The notes: generated by a model from the letters alone, not told the origin. Positions 50,901-60,018 are shown, counted from the first letter of the stretch. The stretch is 64,000 bases of DNA from Planctomycetota bacterium (GCA_046290465.1 JBKAGP010000001.1:3360001-3424000); one strand, 5' to 3'. Numbers and translations are program-made.

Positions 50901-53111
50901 CTACAGCGAGGTCCGCGTGCGCGCCGGTCCAGCGACGCGAACCTCACCGGTCCGCCCCGCCTCGCCGCCGCGCAGGATCGTGATGCGGTAGCTCCCCGGC
51001 GACAGGCCGTCGACCGCCACCGCCTGCGTCGCGAGCGTGCGCAGGTCGTCGACCTGCACCTCGGCGACCTTGACCGCCCGCGGCAGGCCCACGCCCTCGA
51101 CCTCGAGCGCTTCGACACGGACCGTCCCGGCGCCGTCGAAGCGCGCGTCGACCGGCTCGGCGAGGCCGACCTCGACGCCGGCCAGCGGCCACGCGATCAG
51201 GTTGCCGCGCAGCGGCGACAGCTGGCTGCGCACCACCGCGACCGCCCCGTCCGCCGCCTCGAGCCGCACCACGCCGTCGCCCGCGGCCGGCACCGCGAGC
51301 GCGACGCGCCCGTGGTCGTCGGTGGTCGCGTGCGACACGCGTTCGCTGCGCACGTCGAGGTAGGAGACCCGGCAGCCGCGCAGCGGCGTGCCCTGCCGTT
51401 CGACCGTGACCTGCGCCCGGTCGTGCGGCATGGCCAACGACATCGACAGGCTCGCACCGGGCGCCAGTTCGCGGTGCACGGGCTCGGACTTGGGGTTGGT
51501 GAGGACCACGTAGTGTCCCGCGACCAGCCCGCCGAAGCGGAGCGGCCCGCGCACCGGCAGCTCGGCGACGACGACGCTGACGAGCTTCTTCTCTCCGAAC
51601 ACGCGCTTGAGCAGCACGATCGGCAGCCGCGTCGCCGGCTGATCGCGCAGCAGCCGTTCGCGCGTCGAAGACGGATAGCTCAGCACGATCTCGCCGAGCG
51701 GCGGCAGCTGCAGTTCGACGAACGCGGCGGCGCCGTCGTCGGCAAGCGTGTACCGTGCCAGGTTGGTGACGGACGCGGTGCCGTCGTGCTTCGGCCGCGG
51801 CGTCGGGCGCACGTCGAACGCGTAGTCCCCCAGCGGCAGCTGCTCGAACGAGAACCGCCCGTTCGCGTCGGTCTGCGCCTCGGCCAGCGGCGGGTTGCGC
51901 CCCATGCGCGGATGCGGCTCCGGCGGCGGCCGGCGCTGGTCGAGCGGCCACGCCTCGACGGCCACCCCGACCGCAGGCGTGCGGTCGGCGCGCAGCACGC
52001 GTCCCTGCAGCGCCCGGCACGGCACGCGCTGCAGCACGATCTCGACGTCGCGCTGGCCGCGCTGCACGCCGTCGACGGTCGCCTCGACGAATCCGGTCTT
52101 GCGCGCCGTGATCCGGAACGCGCTGCCGCGGGCGGCGATCGACCAGGTCCCGTCCGGGCCGCTCGTGCACGACGAACGGCCGGTCCCGAGGAACCCGGAC
52201 GCCCCCTGCACCGCGGCACCCGGAACGGCCACGCCGGCCTCGGTCACGACGCGGCCGCGGATGCTGCCGGCATCGCGCATCGGCACCTCCAGCTCGACGT
52301 CCCCGTCGGCTGCCGGCACCACCTGCAGCTGCGGCTCGTAGCCGGCACACTCGCACAGCAGCACCAACGGCACACCGGCCGCGACCGGCGCCGCGAGCTG
52401 GCCGCGCTCCGCCTCGCGTTCGAGCACGTAGAGCGCATCGCCGTCGCCGGTCTCGGCCCCGGCCGCCGCCAGCAACCGCATGGCCGCCGGCACCGGCGCG
52501 CCGCTGGCGGCGTCGATCGCGCGCGCAGCCAGCCGCCGCGGCGCACGCAGCGGGATCACCAGGTCGCGCTGCAGTCCTGCACGTTGGCCGACGCACTGCC
52601 AGCGACTCTGCACCTGCTGCTGCTCGGGATCGAACACCGCCACGGCCAGCCCACCGGCGCCCGGCGGCAGCGCGCACCAGCCGGAGTCGTCGGTCACGCC
52701 GAGCAGTTCGAAGTCGCCTTGCTTGTGGCTCGTGCTCCAGCTCGCCGGCAGCGTGTTGACCCGCACCAGCTTGCCCTCGCGAACCGCGAACAGGCGGCAC
52801 GACCAGGACTCGGGCATCCAGACGACCCTGGCCCCGGCCACGTCCTGGCCGTCGCGCTGCACGCGCACGCCGATCGCCTCGCCGCCGTCGGCACCGCGCG
52901 CCAGCTGCCGCTCGCTCGCGTCCGGCACCGGCGACGCCGCCGCGTTGGCGACGTCGGCCGACGGCTTGGCGACGAGATCGGGGTCGGCCACCGGCTCCGG
53001 ACCGTCGACGCCACGCCACCAGTCGCCGGTCGCGAGCACCGCGATCAGGGCAGCGACCAGCGCAACGGGCGCGACGACGACGAACCAACCACGAGACGGC
53101 GATCTGCTCAT
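50901..53111 (-). CDS. Membrane-anchored protein with carboxypeptidase-regulatory-like repeats
   Basis: N-terminal TM; GRVVTEAGVAVPGA, QTDANGRFSF and TTDDHGRV repeats; start overlaps the upstream stop (ATGA). Confidence 0.75.
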   Translation of the reverse strand: MSRSPSRGWFVVVAPVALVAALIAVLATGDWWRGVDGPEPVADPDLVAKPSADVANAAASPVPDASERQLARGADGGEAIGVRVQRDGQDVAGARVVWMPESWSCRLFAVREGKLVRVNTLPASWSTSHKQGDFELLGVTDDSGWCALPPGAGGLAVAVFDPEQQQVQSRWQCVGQRAGLQRDLVIPLRAPRRLAARAIDAASGAPVPAAMRLLAAAGAETGDGDALYVLEREAERGQLAAPVAAGVPLVLLCECAGYEPQLQVVPAADGDVELEVPMRDAGSIRGRVVTEAGVAVPGAAVQGASGFLGTGRSSCTSGPDGTWSIAARGSAFRITARKTGFVEATVDGVQRGQRDVEIVLQRVPCRALQGRVLRADRTPAVGVAVEAWPLDQRRPPPEPHPRMGRNPPLAEAQTDANGRFSFEQLPLGDYAFDVRPTPRPKHDGTASVTNLARYTLADDGAAAFVELQLPPLGEIVLSYPSSTRERLLRDQPATRLPIVLLKRVFGEKKLVSVVVAELPVRGPLRFGGLVAGHYVVLTNPKSEPVHRELAPGASLSMSLAMPHDRAQVTVERQGTPLRGCRVSYLDVRSERVSHATTDDHGRVALAVPAAGDGVVRLEAADGAVAVVRSQLSPLRGNLIAWPLAGVEVGLAEPVDARFDGAGTVRVEALEVEGVGLPRAVKVAEVQVDDLRTLATQAVAVDGLSPGSYRITILRGGEAGRTGEVRVAGPARTRTSL

Positions 53112-54559
53112 TGGACGGATCGGGCGAGCGCCCGTTCGAGTGCACTGCTGACGGGGATCCAGACGTAGCCGAGCCGGGCGTCCCGATGCAGGTGGGCGCC
53201 GTAGGCGGCGGCCTCTTCGAGCGTCATGCCCGGCAGCGCCTCGAGGTGCGGCGCCGGATCGTCCGCGCCGGTGAAGCCGAGCTGCCAGTCGATGGCGCGC
53301 GCAGCGCGGATGCGGCCGTCGCGACCGAGCAGCAGCGCCAGTTCGACGAACTCGGGGCGATACGGATTGCCACCGACCACCAGCAGCGTCTGCGGCTCGG
53401 CGCCCGCGACCTCGACCGACAGGCACCCATCCGAACGGCGCAGCTCGCCGAGCTGCATCGACGCGTCGGCGCCGTCGAGCTGTCGCAGCACCAGCTCGGC
53501 AGCGGCGCGTTCGCCGACCAGGCGACGCATCGCGGCGAACGACGACGTGTGCCGGAACGTCGAGGTCTTGGCATCGACGCGCATGCCGCGGCCGACGCGG
53601 ATCATGCACGGGACCATCGTGACCCCCAGCGCCTCCAGGTCACGCCGTTCGACCAGCCGGCAGACGACGGCGTCCGGCACCGCACTCTGCATCGTGGCCG
53701 GAACGGCAACCGGCTCGGCCGAGCTGGCGTCGACGTCGACCATGACCAGCCGGCCGCCGCGCTGCGCCGCGTCCTGCTGCAGGTGCTGCCAGTAAGCAAC
53801 CGCCTCGTGACAGTGCGGGCAGTCCCGCGAGTAGAAGATCAGACAGTCCTCGACCCGGAGCAGCCGGTAGGCGCTGGTGACGTCGCCGCCGACGGCACGC
53901 AGCCGCACGTCGGGAATGCGCCATCCGACCCGGTCGAGGCGCGCATCGCGCAGCACGCCGTTGAGCGCGGCCTTGGTGCTGCGGCGATCGATCGACTCCG
54001 ACAGCGCCAGCACGAACCCAGCCGGCGCGATCGCCGCCAGCATCCAGACCAGCCGCCGACCGCGACGCGCACAGCTCGCGAGCATCGCGACCAGCACCGT
54101 GTTGCGCAGCACCATCAGGGGCGCGCCGTAGCCGAACGTCTCGGCCGGCAGCGTGACCCCGCAGCCGCAGTTGGCGAGGAACGAGTGGTCGCCCGCGCTG
54201 GCAGCGGCCAGCAGCGAGAACGACGTCAGCAGCACGCCGCCGACGAGCGCGGCGATGCGGCGACCCCGGGTGAACACCAGGGCCACCGCCACCAGGCACT
54301 CGAGCACCGCAACGGCCAGAACCATGCGCTGGAAGGCCGTCGCCGAAAGTGCTCCGAGCACCACCGGCTGCGCCGGCGCGCCAAAGACGAGCTTCTGCAC
54401 GCCGGCGACGCCGAGCACGATCCCCGGTATGGCCCAACCGGCCACGCCGAGGATGCGTCTCTTGAGCCCCGGCCCTGCAGCTGCAGGACCGGCCTCGGAC
54501 CGCGAGCCACCGGCGTTCGCCGTCAGGCAATCGGGCGAAGCGGCAACGACGTCGGTCAT
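53108..54559 (-). CDS. MauE/DoxX-thioredoxin-like fusion membrane protein (paralog 1)
   Basis: AGVQKL, LECLVA and NCGCG...LRN (MauE); YSRDCPHC with LGVTMVP (Trx fold). Confidence 0.8.
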   Translation of the reverse strand: MTDVVAASPDCLTANAGGSRSEAGPAAAGPGLKRRILGVAGWAIPGIVLGVAGVQKLVFGAPAQPVVLGALSATAFQRMVLAVAVLECLVAVALVFTRGRRIAALVGGVLLTSFSLLAAASAGDHSFLANCGCGVTLPAETFGYGAPLMVLRNTVLVAMLASCARRGRRLVWMLAAIAPAGFVLALSESIDRRSTKAALNGVLRDARLDRVGWRIPDVRLRAVGGDVTSAYRLLRVEDCLIFYSRDCPHCHEAVAYWQHLQQDAAQRGGRLVMVDVDASSAEPVAVPATMQSAVPDAVVCRLVERRDLEALGVTMVPCMIRVGRGMRVDAKTSTFRHTSSFAAMRRLVGERAAAELVLRQLDGADASMQLGELRRSDGCLSVEVAGAEPQTLLVVGGNPYRPEFVELALLLGRDGRIRAARAIDWQLGFTGADDPAPHLEALPGMTLEEAAAYGAHLHRDARLGYVWIPVSSALERALARSVQ

Positions 54560-54574
54560 CGGGTGTTGCCGGGA

Positions 54575-55000
54575 TCAGGCGAGGCGGAACCGGCGGCCGA
54601 ACGCGGCCAGGCCGGCGAGGATGCCGAGCGCCCACGGCAGCGGGCTGCGCGACGGATCGTCCGGCACCTTGCAGTAGCAGAGCGCGTCGGAGCCGACCTC
54701 TTCGCCTTCGTCGTTGGTGACGACGATCTTGCCCTCGTAGCAGCCTTCGCCTTCTTCGAGTTCGTCGACCTCACCGGCGCGGCACTTGTCGAGCGTCGGG
54801 CAGGCGGGTTGGTACTCGAAGCAGTCGTCGCCGTACTTGGTGTCGCAGGGGCCGGACCAGACCTCGTCGCCGTTGGCGTCGTAGATCGTGCAGGTGTAGT
54901 CGGCAGGATCGGCGTTGGGCGGCAGCGGGCTCGGGCCCTGGGCGGAGAGGGCGCTCGCGAACAGCGTCGAGAGCAGCAGCGTAGAGAGAACACGGATCAT
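54575..55000 (-). CDS. Small acidic Cys-rich secreted protein with a C-terminal sorting signal
   Basis: Signal peptide, 8 Cys, tail CYCKVPDDPSRSPLPW + hydrophobic helix + GRRFR; GGAG RBS. Confidence 0.8.
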   Translation of the reverse strand: MIRVLSTLLLSTLFASALSAQGPSPLPPNADPADYTCTIYDANGDEVWSGPCDTKYGDDCFEYQPACPTLDKCRAGEVDELEEGEGCYEGKIVVTNDEGEEVGSDALCYCKVPDDPSRSPLPWALGILAGLAAFGRRFRLA

Positions 55001-55388
55001 GTTGGACTCCGATTCAAAGCAGAAGAAAGCTCTGATCCCGCGGCGCGAGATCTTCCCGCTGGCACCCTAGACCCGTTGGGTCAGCCGTCAACAATACGTG
55101 TTGGTCGCCGCGCCCGCCAGGGTATCGATACCCGTGCAGGGATGACGCAAGGCGTTTGGCTGCGACCGGTTCGCAAGGATCCGACGCGCCGTGCGAGGGG
55201 CAGCGCGCCTCGAATGGTCGACCATGTCGACCATTTTCTCGCACCGCCCCAGGGACCTTGTGCCGGGGAGCCTCGCTCCTACGCTGACGCTCCGTCGACG
55301 AAGGTTCGGCCAACGCGCCGTGCGCGACCCGCGGTCACCACGACCCGCGAGACGCCGCAGGAAGAAGCCCACCCCAGGATCCCACCCG

Positions 55389-56003
55389 ATGAACGAACCC
55401 CGCCTCGGAGGCCTCTGCCTGACCCTCGGCTCGACCGTGACGTTCGCCGCGATCGCCAGCCTCGAGTGCATCGGCCGACTCGCCCCCACGGCATCCCACG
55501 AGACCCTGGCCGAGTCCGCCGGCGACTTCTGGCACCTGATGCAGCACATCTGGGGCTGGGAAGCCATCGGCCACGCCGTGATCGCCGCTGGCAGCCTGCT
55601 GCTGGCCAAGGCCACGCGCGGCCTGGTGAGCGTCGCGTGGATGGCGATGACGATCTACCTGGTGATGACCGTGATCGCGCTGACCATGACCCTCGGGATC
55701 GAGCTCGCGCCGACGCCGGAGGCGTGGACGATCCCCTCGTTCGAAGGCGCGAGCCGGGCGTTGCAGGTCGGCCAGTGGGTCGGCCTCGGCCTGATGGTTG
55801 CGCTGTTCTCGTCGGCGGCATTCGGGCGATCGGGGGTGGTCGGCCGGAGTGCCGGGATGGTGGCGCTCGGGTCCCTGGCGGCGGCCGGGCTCGGGGCGGC
55901 GGTGGGCGTGTTGCCGACGAGGGTGGTGAGCATGGTGCTGCTGGTGCAGCCGATCGTGCTGGGGTTGGGGCACTGGCGGATGCTGGATCGGGACGCGATC
56001 TGA
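55389..56003 (+). CDS. Hypothetical integral membrane protein
   Basis: About 6 hydrophobic helices. Confidence 0.65.
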   Translation: MNEPRLGGLCLTLGSTVTFAAIASLECIGRLAPTASHETLAESAGDFWHLMQHIWGWEAIGHAVIAAGSLLLAKATRGLVSVAWMAMTIYLVMTVIALTMTLGIELAPTPEAWTIPSFEGASRALQVGQWVGLGLMVALFSSAAFGRSGVVGRSAGMVALGSLAAAGLGAAVGVLPTRVVSMVLLVQPIVLGLGHWRMLDRDAI

Positions 56004-56215
56004 GCGCTGCTTCGCCGACCTGCGGGTCGCGGCGGATCCGGTCTGCGAGACCGCACACCTGCTGCTGCCCCCATAGATATTGTCCGACCTGACGAGCACC
56101 GGGGCCTCCTCCTGTCCGGGTAGAACACCACAGGAGTTCTCTTCTACGTATCCTCCCCGCTACGACGGGATCAGCTACGATCCGTCGCGCCCCACCTGCC
56201 GAACGGAGAGCCCCG

Positions 56216-57427
56216 ATGACTCGACCGAAGTGCCTCGCACCGCTGCTGCTGCTCTTGCTGCTCGCCTGCACCGCATCGACGCAGGAGAAGGTCACGGTAC
56301 GCGCAGCGCTGTTCCCCTATCTGCCGCCGGACCGCCACAACGAAGCACTCCATGAACGCATCACGTCGGAGTTCCACAAGGCGAACCCGGACCTGAAGCT
56401 CGAGCTACGCCGCTTCGACAGCTGGGAGAACTTCTACGACCCGCACTTCCTGACGAAACTGCTCCGCGGCGCGGATCGCTACGACATCATCGAGGTGGAC
56501 ACGGTCCTGCTCGGCACGCTGCTCGACCTCGAGCTGGTGGCCCCGTGGCCCGCACCTCTCAGTGACGCGCAGCCCATCGCCCGTGACGCCGCACGCGTCG
56601 ATGGCATCACCTATGGAATGCCGCACTGGTTGTGCGGGCACTTCGTGATGAGCACGCACCAGAAGGTCGCAGCGGCCGAGAGCGCAAGCCAACTCGTGGC
56701 GGCGCTCGAAGCCGCAGCACCTGGCACCCGCAACCTCGCCGCCAACCTCCGCGGAAGCTGGAACGGCCCCGCTCTCTACCTGGATGCGTGGGCAGACTCG
56801 CGCAGCTCCAACGACCTGCTCGGCGCAATCCGGCTCCCGCTCGACACCGACGTCGCCGGGCTACTCGCCCAGGTCGCCGCCCAAGGCGCCTTCCAGGGCG
56901 TGAACCCCTGCATCAACGGCGACTACGAGGACAACGACCAGGCCGCGATCGACTTCGGCACCGGCAAGGCCGACGCACTGCTCGGCTACTCCGAACGGAT
57001 GCACCACGCGGTTGCCGCGGGCATCGACCCCACGAAGGTCTTCGTGGGATCCGCTCCGCTCGGCGCCGGCTCCGATCCAATCTGGTTCGTGGACATGTTC
57101 GTCCTGCCGGGCGACTACCCGGATGGCGTGACGCCGGAGGAGATCAAGGCCCGCCGCGAGGGGGCGCGGAGGTTCGGCGAGTTCATGAACCGGGCCGACG
57201 TGTTCGCCTGGATCCACCAGAGCGCGGATCTCGGAGCGAAGGCGGCGCCGAGGTACCTGCTTCCGGCCACCCGATCCGCCTACGAGCATCCGGCGTTGGC
57301 GCGCGACCCGATCATCGGACAGGTGCGACCGCTGGTGGGCCGCGGCACGTTCTTTCCGCGGTTCCGGCTTCCAGGAGCCAGAAAGCGGATGGAAGCTGCA
57401 GTCAACAGGGCGATCGGGGCCAAGTAG
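56216..57427 (+). CDS. Thiaminase I (thiamine pyridinylase)-like lipoprotein, periplasmic-binding-protein fold
   Basis: ALFPYLP, EVDTVLL, YGMPHWLCGHF (nucleophile Cys), LGYSERM (catalytic Glu), WFVDMF, PRYLLPA. Confidence 0.8.
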   Translation: MTRPKCLAPLLLLLLLACTASTQEKVTVRAALFPYLPPDRHNEALHERITSEFHKANPDLKLELRRFDSWENFYDPHFLTKLLRGADRYDIIEVDTVLLGTLLDLELVAPWPAPLSDAQPIARDAARVDGITYGMPHWLCGHFVMSTHQKVAAAESASQLVAALEAAAPGTRNLAANLRGSWNGPALYLDAWADSRSSNDLLGAIRLPLDTDVAGLLAQVAAQGAFQGVNPCINGDYEDNDQAAIDFGTGKADALLGYSERMHHAVAAGIDPTKVFVGSAPLGAGSDPIWFVDMFVLPGDYPDGVTPEEIKARREGARRFGEFMNRADVFAWIHQSADLGAKAAPRYLLPATRSAYEHPALARDPIIGQVRPLVGRGTFFPRFRLPGARKRMEAAVNRAIGAK

Positions 57428-57586
57428 CGACGGCGGGCATCGCCCCGCACCACGAACCCGACCGCCCGCATGGGCCGGTGGATACCGATCAGGCCGCCCG
57501 TGAACCGGCGCTGCCAACCGGACGGCTCCAAGCAACCAACATCGCAAGCAACCTGAAGCTGCTCTGGCCAGGGCCCTGACGGTTGC

Positions 57587-57847
57587 TCAGCCCTGCGGGA
57601 ACCGCGGCCCTGGCTCGTGCGCATACTCGATGTCGTCCGCAAGGCTCAGCGAGTCGAGCAGCTCGGACACCGGGCCGGTGGCGTCGAGTTCGACCTCGTA
57701 GAGGGTCGCAAGCTCCTCCTCGGACTCGCCGGGAAACAGCTGCCTTGCACGGCAAGGCTGTCCGCCGAGAAGGGACTCGATCCGGGCCGTCTTCACCTGC
57801 ACGGGCGAGCTCGCGCTGCGGAACTTGACGATGAGCTTGTGTCGCAC
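57587..57847 (-). CDS. Small protein resembling an isolated subtilase (S8) pro-domain
   Basis: LIVKFR...RQLFP...EELATLYEVEL...LSLADDIEYAH; start uncertain. Confidence 0.45.
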   Translation of the reverse strand: MRHKLIVKFRSASSPVQVKTARIESLLGGQPCRARQLFPGESEEELATLYEVELDATGPVSELLDSLSLADDIEYAHEPGPRFPQG

Positions 57848-57929
57848 GGTCGTGGTTTGCGAGTGCGCGCACCAGTCTACCGCATTCGCTGAGGACGGCG
57901 CAGAGCACGGCGCTGCGTGCGTCATGACC

Positions 57930-58030
57930 CGCCCCACGACCAGGCGACGGAAGGAGCGCTGCCAAGAGCTCGGCAGAACGTTCGTCGCCACCACCGAGCC
58001 GCTCGATCCACACCGTGACGGTGGTTTCGA
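57930..58030 (-). pseudogene. Frameshifted N-terminal relic of a Planctomycete-type ECF sigma factor
   Basis: VTVWIERLGGGDERSAEL / WQRSFRRLV across a frameshift. Confidence 0.5.
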
Positions 58031-58258
58031 CGGAGGGATCGGGTCGGTGGGGATGGCTTGCGAGCGTGGCGTTTGGCTGGGCGCGGTCGGGGGCACTCGT
58101 CGTGCGGACACCGGGTAGGATCGCGCGGCGGTTCAAGCCTTTGTTCGGACTTGAGTTACGGCTGTCACCGCAGGACGCATCGCCCGCAGCTCCCATCCCA
58201 TGGCGCCGTCTGAATCTATCCGAGGCCTCCGCGTAGGCTCGACGTCTGGGACACGCTC

Positions 58259-58861
58259 ATGCACGACCTCATCGGCGACCTCTACTTCGCTGGCGCTCTC
58301 GCCGCCCTCTACGGGTTCTTCACCCTCATCGGGGGGACAACTCCTAAGGCGCAACTGACCACGCTGCTTCTCCTCGGGTTCGCCTTCCTCGCTGATGCCT
58401 ACTCGTGGCTGGTCGTTCCTGTTCGCGAGACAAGCTCTTCGCTGCTCTGGAAGCTCGACTCTCTCGGCGTCATCGCCTCCTTCATCGCCGCTGCACTCGC
58501 TGCCAACACAACTTGGTCCAAGGCCTTTGGCGCTCTGGTCCTCTCGCTTGAGACCTACCTCATCACCGCGTTCGTCTACTGGTTCTACCTGCCGACTCAA
58601 GACCCGAAGCTCTTCGCATCCGTCATGGAGACCTGGGGCGCGACCTCGCAGGATGACATGGACCTGTACCGACTCCTCGCACTTCTGCTCTTCTCCGTTT
58701 CACCGGTGGTCCTCGCCCTTGGCTACTTCGCAACCAAGGGGTGGCTGCCGTGGGTTCGCACTCGCTGGCCACACCTCTGGACCAAGCGCTGGCACGTGCT
58801 CGCTGTTCTGATTGGCGCTTACTACGTCGCCTACAACGTCACACCGTGGCTCCTTCTCTGA
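58259..58861 (+). CDS. Hypothetical integral membrane protein (island cargo)
   Basis: About 6 TM helices; atypical codon usage. Confidence 0.65.
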   Translation: MHDLIGDLYFAGALAALYGFFTLIGGTTPKAQLTTLLLLGFAFLADAYSWLVVPVRETSSSLLWKLDSLGVIASFIAAALAANTTWSKAFGALVLSLETYLITAFVYWFYLPTQDPKLFASVMETWGATSQDDMDLYRLLALLLFSVSPVVLALGYFATKGWLPWVRTRWPHLWTKRWHVLAVLIGAYYVAYNVTPWLLL

Positions 58862-59002
58862 CCCGATGGGGGACCACGGCTTCGGGTCCTCGGTGACGGA
58901 GCCATGCCGCGTCTTCTTGCGTTCCTCCTCGAGTTCGGGCGTCGGTTGCTCACCAGCTCGGGGTGAGTGAGCAACACGAACCCTCAACCGGAGGCAACGA
59001 AG

Positions 59003-59254
59003 ATGACAACAGCACGTCCCATCCACCAAGTTCGCATCGGCCGCATCGTGGCCGCCATCTGGGCGAACGAGACTCCCCTCGGCACGCGCCACAACGTGAC
59101 GCTCAGCAGGCTCTACAAGAGCGGGCCCACCGACGACTGGAAGCGCACCGAGAGCTTCGGCCGCGACGACCTTCCCACCGTCGAAAAGGTCTGCGACCTG
59201 GCTTTCCGCTGGATTCACGACCAGCGCAAGGCGGACGGTGACGGGGCCGCCTGA
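59003..59254 (+). CDS. Small mobile-element protein, possible PC4/SpoVG-like nucleic-acid-binding fold
   Basis: PIHQVRIGRIVAAIWAN...HNVTLSRLYK...WKRTESFGRDDLP; GGAGG RBS. Confidence 0.75.
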   Translation: MTTARPIHQVRIGRIVAAIWANETPLGTRHNVTLSRLYKSGPTDDWKRTESFGRDDLPTVEKVCDLAFRWIHDQRKADGDGAA

Positions 59255-59316
59255 GCGGCCGTCTTGCCTGCTACCTCACCTCTTCGTGCAGGTAGCTCCT
59301 GAGAGCTAACGAGTGG

Positions 59317-59874
59317 TCACGAAGGAAACGTGAAGCGGTCCGCTCCAAGACCTGCCGCGTTCTTCTGACAGTAGGCAACCCCCTTGTTCGACAAGAACAC
59401 CTGGCCGTTGCCCGGGTCGTGCTCCACGAGACCAGCTTCGAAAAGCTTGGCAACGGCTCGCGTGTAGTCCCTCCAAACCGACGAACGCGGGTCGAGTCCG
59501 AACGTCCACCGACCTTCGGTTGGCTTCTTGAAGTGCTGCTGCTGGTAGTGCCACAGCGTGTTCAGCACGCGGCGTCCCATGTCTCCGAGTTCAACATTCT
59601 CGGGCACGAGCTCTGCGTCGGGCGCAGCTTCCGGCGCACTAGTCGTTCCCTCCCCGAACTCGTACTTGCCCCAGGGTGAGTCCCAGCTTCGAAGACGGCC
59701 AAGAAGAGCGACTACGTGCTTTCGGAACCACCACACGATGACCAACACGACCAAGGGCCATGCCAGAGCTTCGACCAGACGGAGAAAGAACTCCGCACCA
59801 TCGACGGCATCCGTTGCGGTGGCTACCGCTTCGGTCTTCGACGCAACAACGTCCGGCTGGGCCTTCTCCTGCAT
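59317..59874 (-). CDS. Hypothetical single-TM protein with a C-terminal winged-helix-like region
   Basis: LAWPLVVLVIVWWFR TM motif; LFEAGLV...LSNKG. Confidence 0.6.
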   Translation of the reverse strand: MQEKAQPDVVASKTEAVATATDAVDGAEFFLRLVEALAWPLVVLVIVWWFRKHVVALLGRLRSWDSPWGKYEFGEGTTSAPEAAPDAELVPENVELGDMGRRVLNTLWHYQQQHFKKPTEGRWTFGLDPRSSVWRDYTRAVAKLFEAGLVEHDPGNGQVFLSNKGVAYCQKNAAGLGADRFTFPS

Positions 59875-60018
59875 GAAGGCACACTCTCTCGTGGCAAGGG
59901 GAGGTGAGGCAACGGCGACGCGGAGAAACAGAGAGAAGCAGCCGCGTGGTAGGCGCAGACAAAGCCCGCGCTCGTTGAGTAACCCGGTCCCCCCCACTCG
60001 CCGTTCCCGGGCTTGACC

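Noticed and set aside
54575..55000. Methylamine dehydrogenase light chain (MauA) or RiPP precursor
   Set aside because: It lacks the two TTQ Trp contexts; no MauB/MauG or RiPP modification enzymes are nearby; it has a membrane-anchoring tail
56004..56215. TPP riboswitch upstream of the thiaminase
   Set aside because: The conserved CTGAGA and ACCTGAT...AATGC...CGTAGGGA elements are absent
58060..58150. attC-like integron cassette site (GTCCGAACAAAGGCTTGAAC on the minus strand)
   Set aside because: Only one end fits, the partner end is degenerate, no correctly oriented cassette ORF is present, and the nearby recombinase lacks IntI-type motifs
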